Part shown: piece by piece, positions 62,407 through 64,000 of the stretch
Position numbering within the stretch: the stretch's first letter is position 1
Layout: each line of letters opens with the position of its first letter
Origin: an uncultured Pseudomonadota bacterium
Lineage (GTDB): Bacteria > Pseudomonadota > Gammaproteobacteria > Burkholderiales > CAIKXV01
NCBI GenBank assembly: GCA_903831455.1
Contig: CAIKXV010000029.1
Location: forward strand, 1,340-65,339
Length of the DNA: 64,000 nt
Direction: 5' to 3'
The notes under the pieces: generated by a model
Seen by the model: the letters and a program-made list of their open reading frames with translations, nothing else
What the model was told of the DNA's origin: nothing
The model's database searches: none
Translations under genes and position numbers: made by a program

Positions 62407-64000
62407 ATGTCTGCCGACCCCCAGGCCGGATTCGACACCCGCTCCGCCTGCGCCCGGCTGCTGGCGGCCGCACTCGAGCAGGTTGCCCCCGGCACCTCGA
62501 TACCGGTGTTGCTCGAACGCCCTCGCCAGCGCAGCCACGGCGACTACGCCAGCAACCTCGCGCTGCAGCTCTCCAAGCCGCTGCGTCGTCCGCCGCGCGA
62601 GCTCGCGCAGGCGCTGGTCGCGGCCCTGCCGGCCTCGCCGCTGCTCGCCCGCGCCGACATCGCCGGGCCCGGCTTCATCAACCTCGTGCTCACCGCGCAC
62701 GCCAAGCAGGCCGTCATCCCCGCGGTACGCGAGGCGCGACGGGCCTTCGGCCGGCGCACGCACCCCACGCCGGAGCGCGTGATGGTGGAGTTCGTGTCGG
62801 CCAACCCGACCGGACCGCTGCATGTCGGCCACGGGCGCGGCGCGGCCTACGGTGCCAGCCTGGCGAACGTGCTCGAGGCCGCGGGCTGCAAGGTGAGCCG
62901 CGAGTACTACGTGAACGACGCGGGGCGGCAGATGGACATCCTCGCGGTGTCGACCTGGTTGCGCTACCTCGACCCGGATGGCCACGCGATTCCCTTCCCG
63001 CCCAACGCCTACCAGGGCCACTACGTGCGCGAGATGGCCCGCGCACTGGCCGACGAGCATGGCACCCGCTTCCAGCGTCCGGTCGCGGAGGTGCTGCACG
63101 GCACGCCCGGCTTGCCCGACGGCGAGCGCGCGGATCCGCAGGCCGGTGCCCAGCGCGAGGCGCATCTCGATGCGCTGATTGCCCGGGCCAAGGCGCTTCT
63201 GGGCGAGGATTACGAGACCGTCCATCGCCATGCGCTCGACACCCAGCTCGCCGATTGCCGTGACGACCTCGACGGCTTCGGCGTACGCTTCGATCGCTGG
63301 TTCTCTGAGAAGTCGCTGTTCGACGGCGGCGCCGTCGCCCAGGCGGTCGCCCGGCTGGAGGCCGCCGGACACCTCTATCGCCAGGACGGCGCGCTGTGGT
63401 TCCGCTCCACCGACTTCGGCGACGAAAAGGACCGCGTCGTCCAGCGCGAGAACGGCGCGTTCACCTACTTCGCCTCCGACATCGCCTACCACCTCGGCAA
63501 GTTCGATCGCGGCTTCGATCGGGTCATCGACGTCTGGGGTGCCGACCACCACGGGTACATCCCGCGGGTCCGCGGCGCGCTGGCCGCCTGCGGCGCCAAC
63601 CCGGACCGACTGACCGTGGCGCTCGTGCAGTTCGCGGTTCTGTACCGGGGCGGCGAGAAGGTGTCGATGTCCACCCGCTCCGGCCAGTTCGTGACCCTGC
63701 GCGAACTTCGCACCGAAGTCGGCAACGACGCGGCCCGGTTCTTCTACGTGCTGCGCAAGAGCGACCAGCACCTCGACTTCGACCTCGATCTCGCGAAGTC
63801 GCGCAGCAACGACAACCCGGTCTACTACATCCAGTACGCGCACGCGCGCATCTGCAGCGTCTTCGAGCAATGGGGCGGGCATGACACGCCGGCCCTCGAC
63901 GAGGCCGACCTGGCCGCGCTCGACGGCGAGCACGAGCTCGTGCTGCTCGACCGGCTGGCGGCCTGGCCCGAGACGCTGGAGGCGGCCGCCGCGGAGTTGT
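62407..64000 (+). CDS. argS: Arginine-tRNA ligase. The C-terminus runs off the window, so it is absent from the ORF track.
   Basis: HGDYASNLALQLSK.., and the class I HIGH motif in VEFVSANPTGPLHVGHGRGAAYG. The frame is open to position 64000 (..DRLAAWPETLEAAAAEL). Confidence 0.95.
   Translation, partial: MSADPQAGFDTRSACARLLAAALEQVAPGTSIPVLLERPRQRSHGDYASNLALQLSKPLRRPPRELAQALVAALPASPLLARADIAGPGFINLVLTAHAKQAVIPAVREARRAFGRRTHPTPERVMVEFVSANPTGPLHVGHGRGAAYGASLANVLEAAGCKVSREYYVNDAGRQMDILAVSTWLRYLDPDGHAIPFPPNAYQGHYVREMARALADEHGTRFQRPVAEVLHGTPGLPDGERADPQAGAQREAHLDALIARAKALLGEDYETVHRHALDTQLADCRDDLDGFGVRFDRWFSEKSLFDGGAVAQAVARLEAAGHLYRQDGALWFRSTDFGDEKDRVVQRENGAFTYFASDIAYHLGKFDRGFDRVIDVWGADHHGYIPRVRGALAACGANPDRLTVALVQFAVLYRGGEKVSMSTRSGQFVTLRELRTEVGNDAARFFYVLRKSDQHLDFDLDLAKSRSNDNPVYYIQYAHARICSVFEQWGGHDTPALDEADLAALDGEHELVLLDRLAAWPETLEAAAAEL

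Overview
Very GC-rich chromosomal segment (by eye well over 60% G+C; not computed). Gene content and order look like core genome of a beta-proteobacterium, possibly Rhodocyclales- or Burkholderiales-like; that placement is inferred from synteny only. In order: lgt <> ilvD, a PilZ protein, cytochrome c551, livKHMGF, hemF-purD-purH-fis-dusB, ubiH-pepP, murU-amgK <> lptD-surA-pdxA-rsmA, gloA-rubredoxin <> thiD-thiE-hemL, cytochrome c4 <> engB, hemB, a (PilZ-hypothetical-mrcA) unit <> pilMNOPQ-aroK-aroB-dgt-gltBD-hemE-priA-argS. I saw no rRNA or tRNA genes, CRISPR arrays, transposases, integrases, phage genes or recognisable defence genes. Most long ORFs in the track are stop-poor antisense or out-of-frame artefacts of the high GC. 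The only clearly non-housekeeping block is 9.5-17.7 kb. It is a tandemly duplicated two-gene module: a membrane sensor histidine kinase followed by a Hanks-type Ser/Thr kinase fused to two C-terminal receiver domains. The four genes are tightly spaced or overlapping, and no DNA-binding response regulator or Ser/Thr phosphatase is nearby. This is my best candidate for an uncharacterised signalling system. Secondary observations: (1) a candidate minus-strand sRNA between engB and hemB with three hairpins whose loops are all C/U-rich and anti-Shine-Dalgarno-like; (2) livH apparently starting at AUC; (3) -10 hexamers placed 6-9 nt from the ATG of mrcA, amgK and aroK, which suggests leaderless mRNAs, and a 14-nt promoter-like identity shared by pepP and mrcA; (4) two DnaA boxes upstream of priA; (5) a YcgR-like PilZ gene apparently co-transcribed with mrcA, divergent from the pil operon. 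All functional calls come from reading motifs in the translations. No database search was possible.
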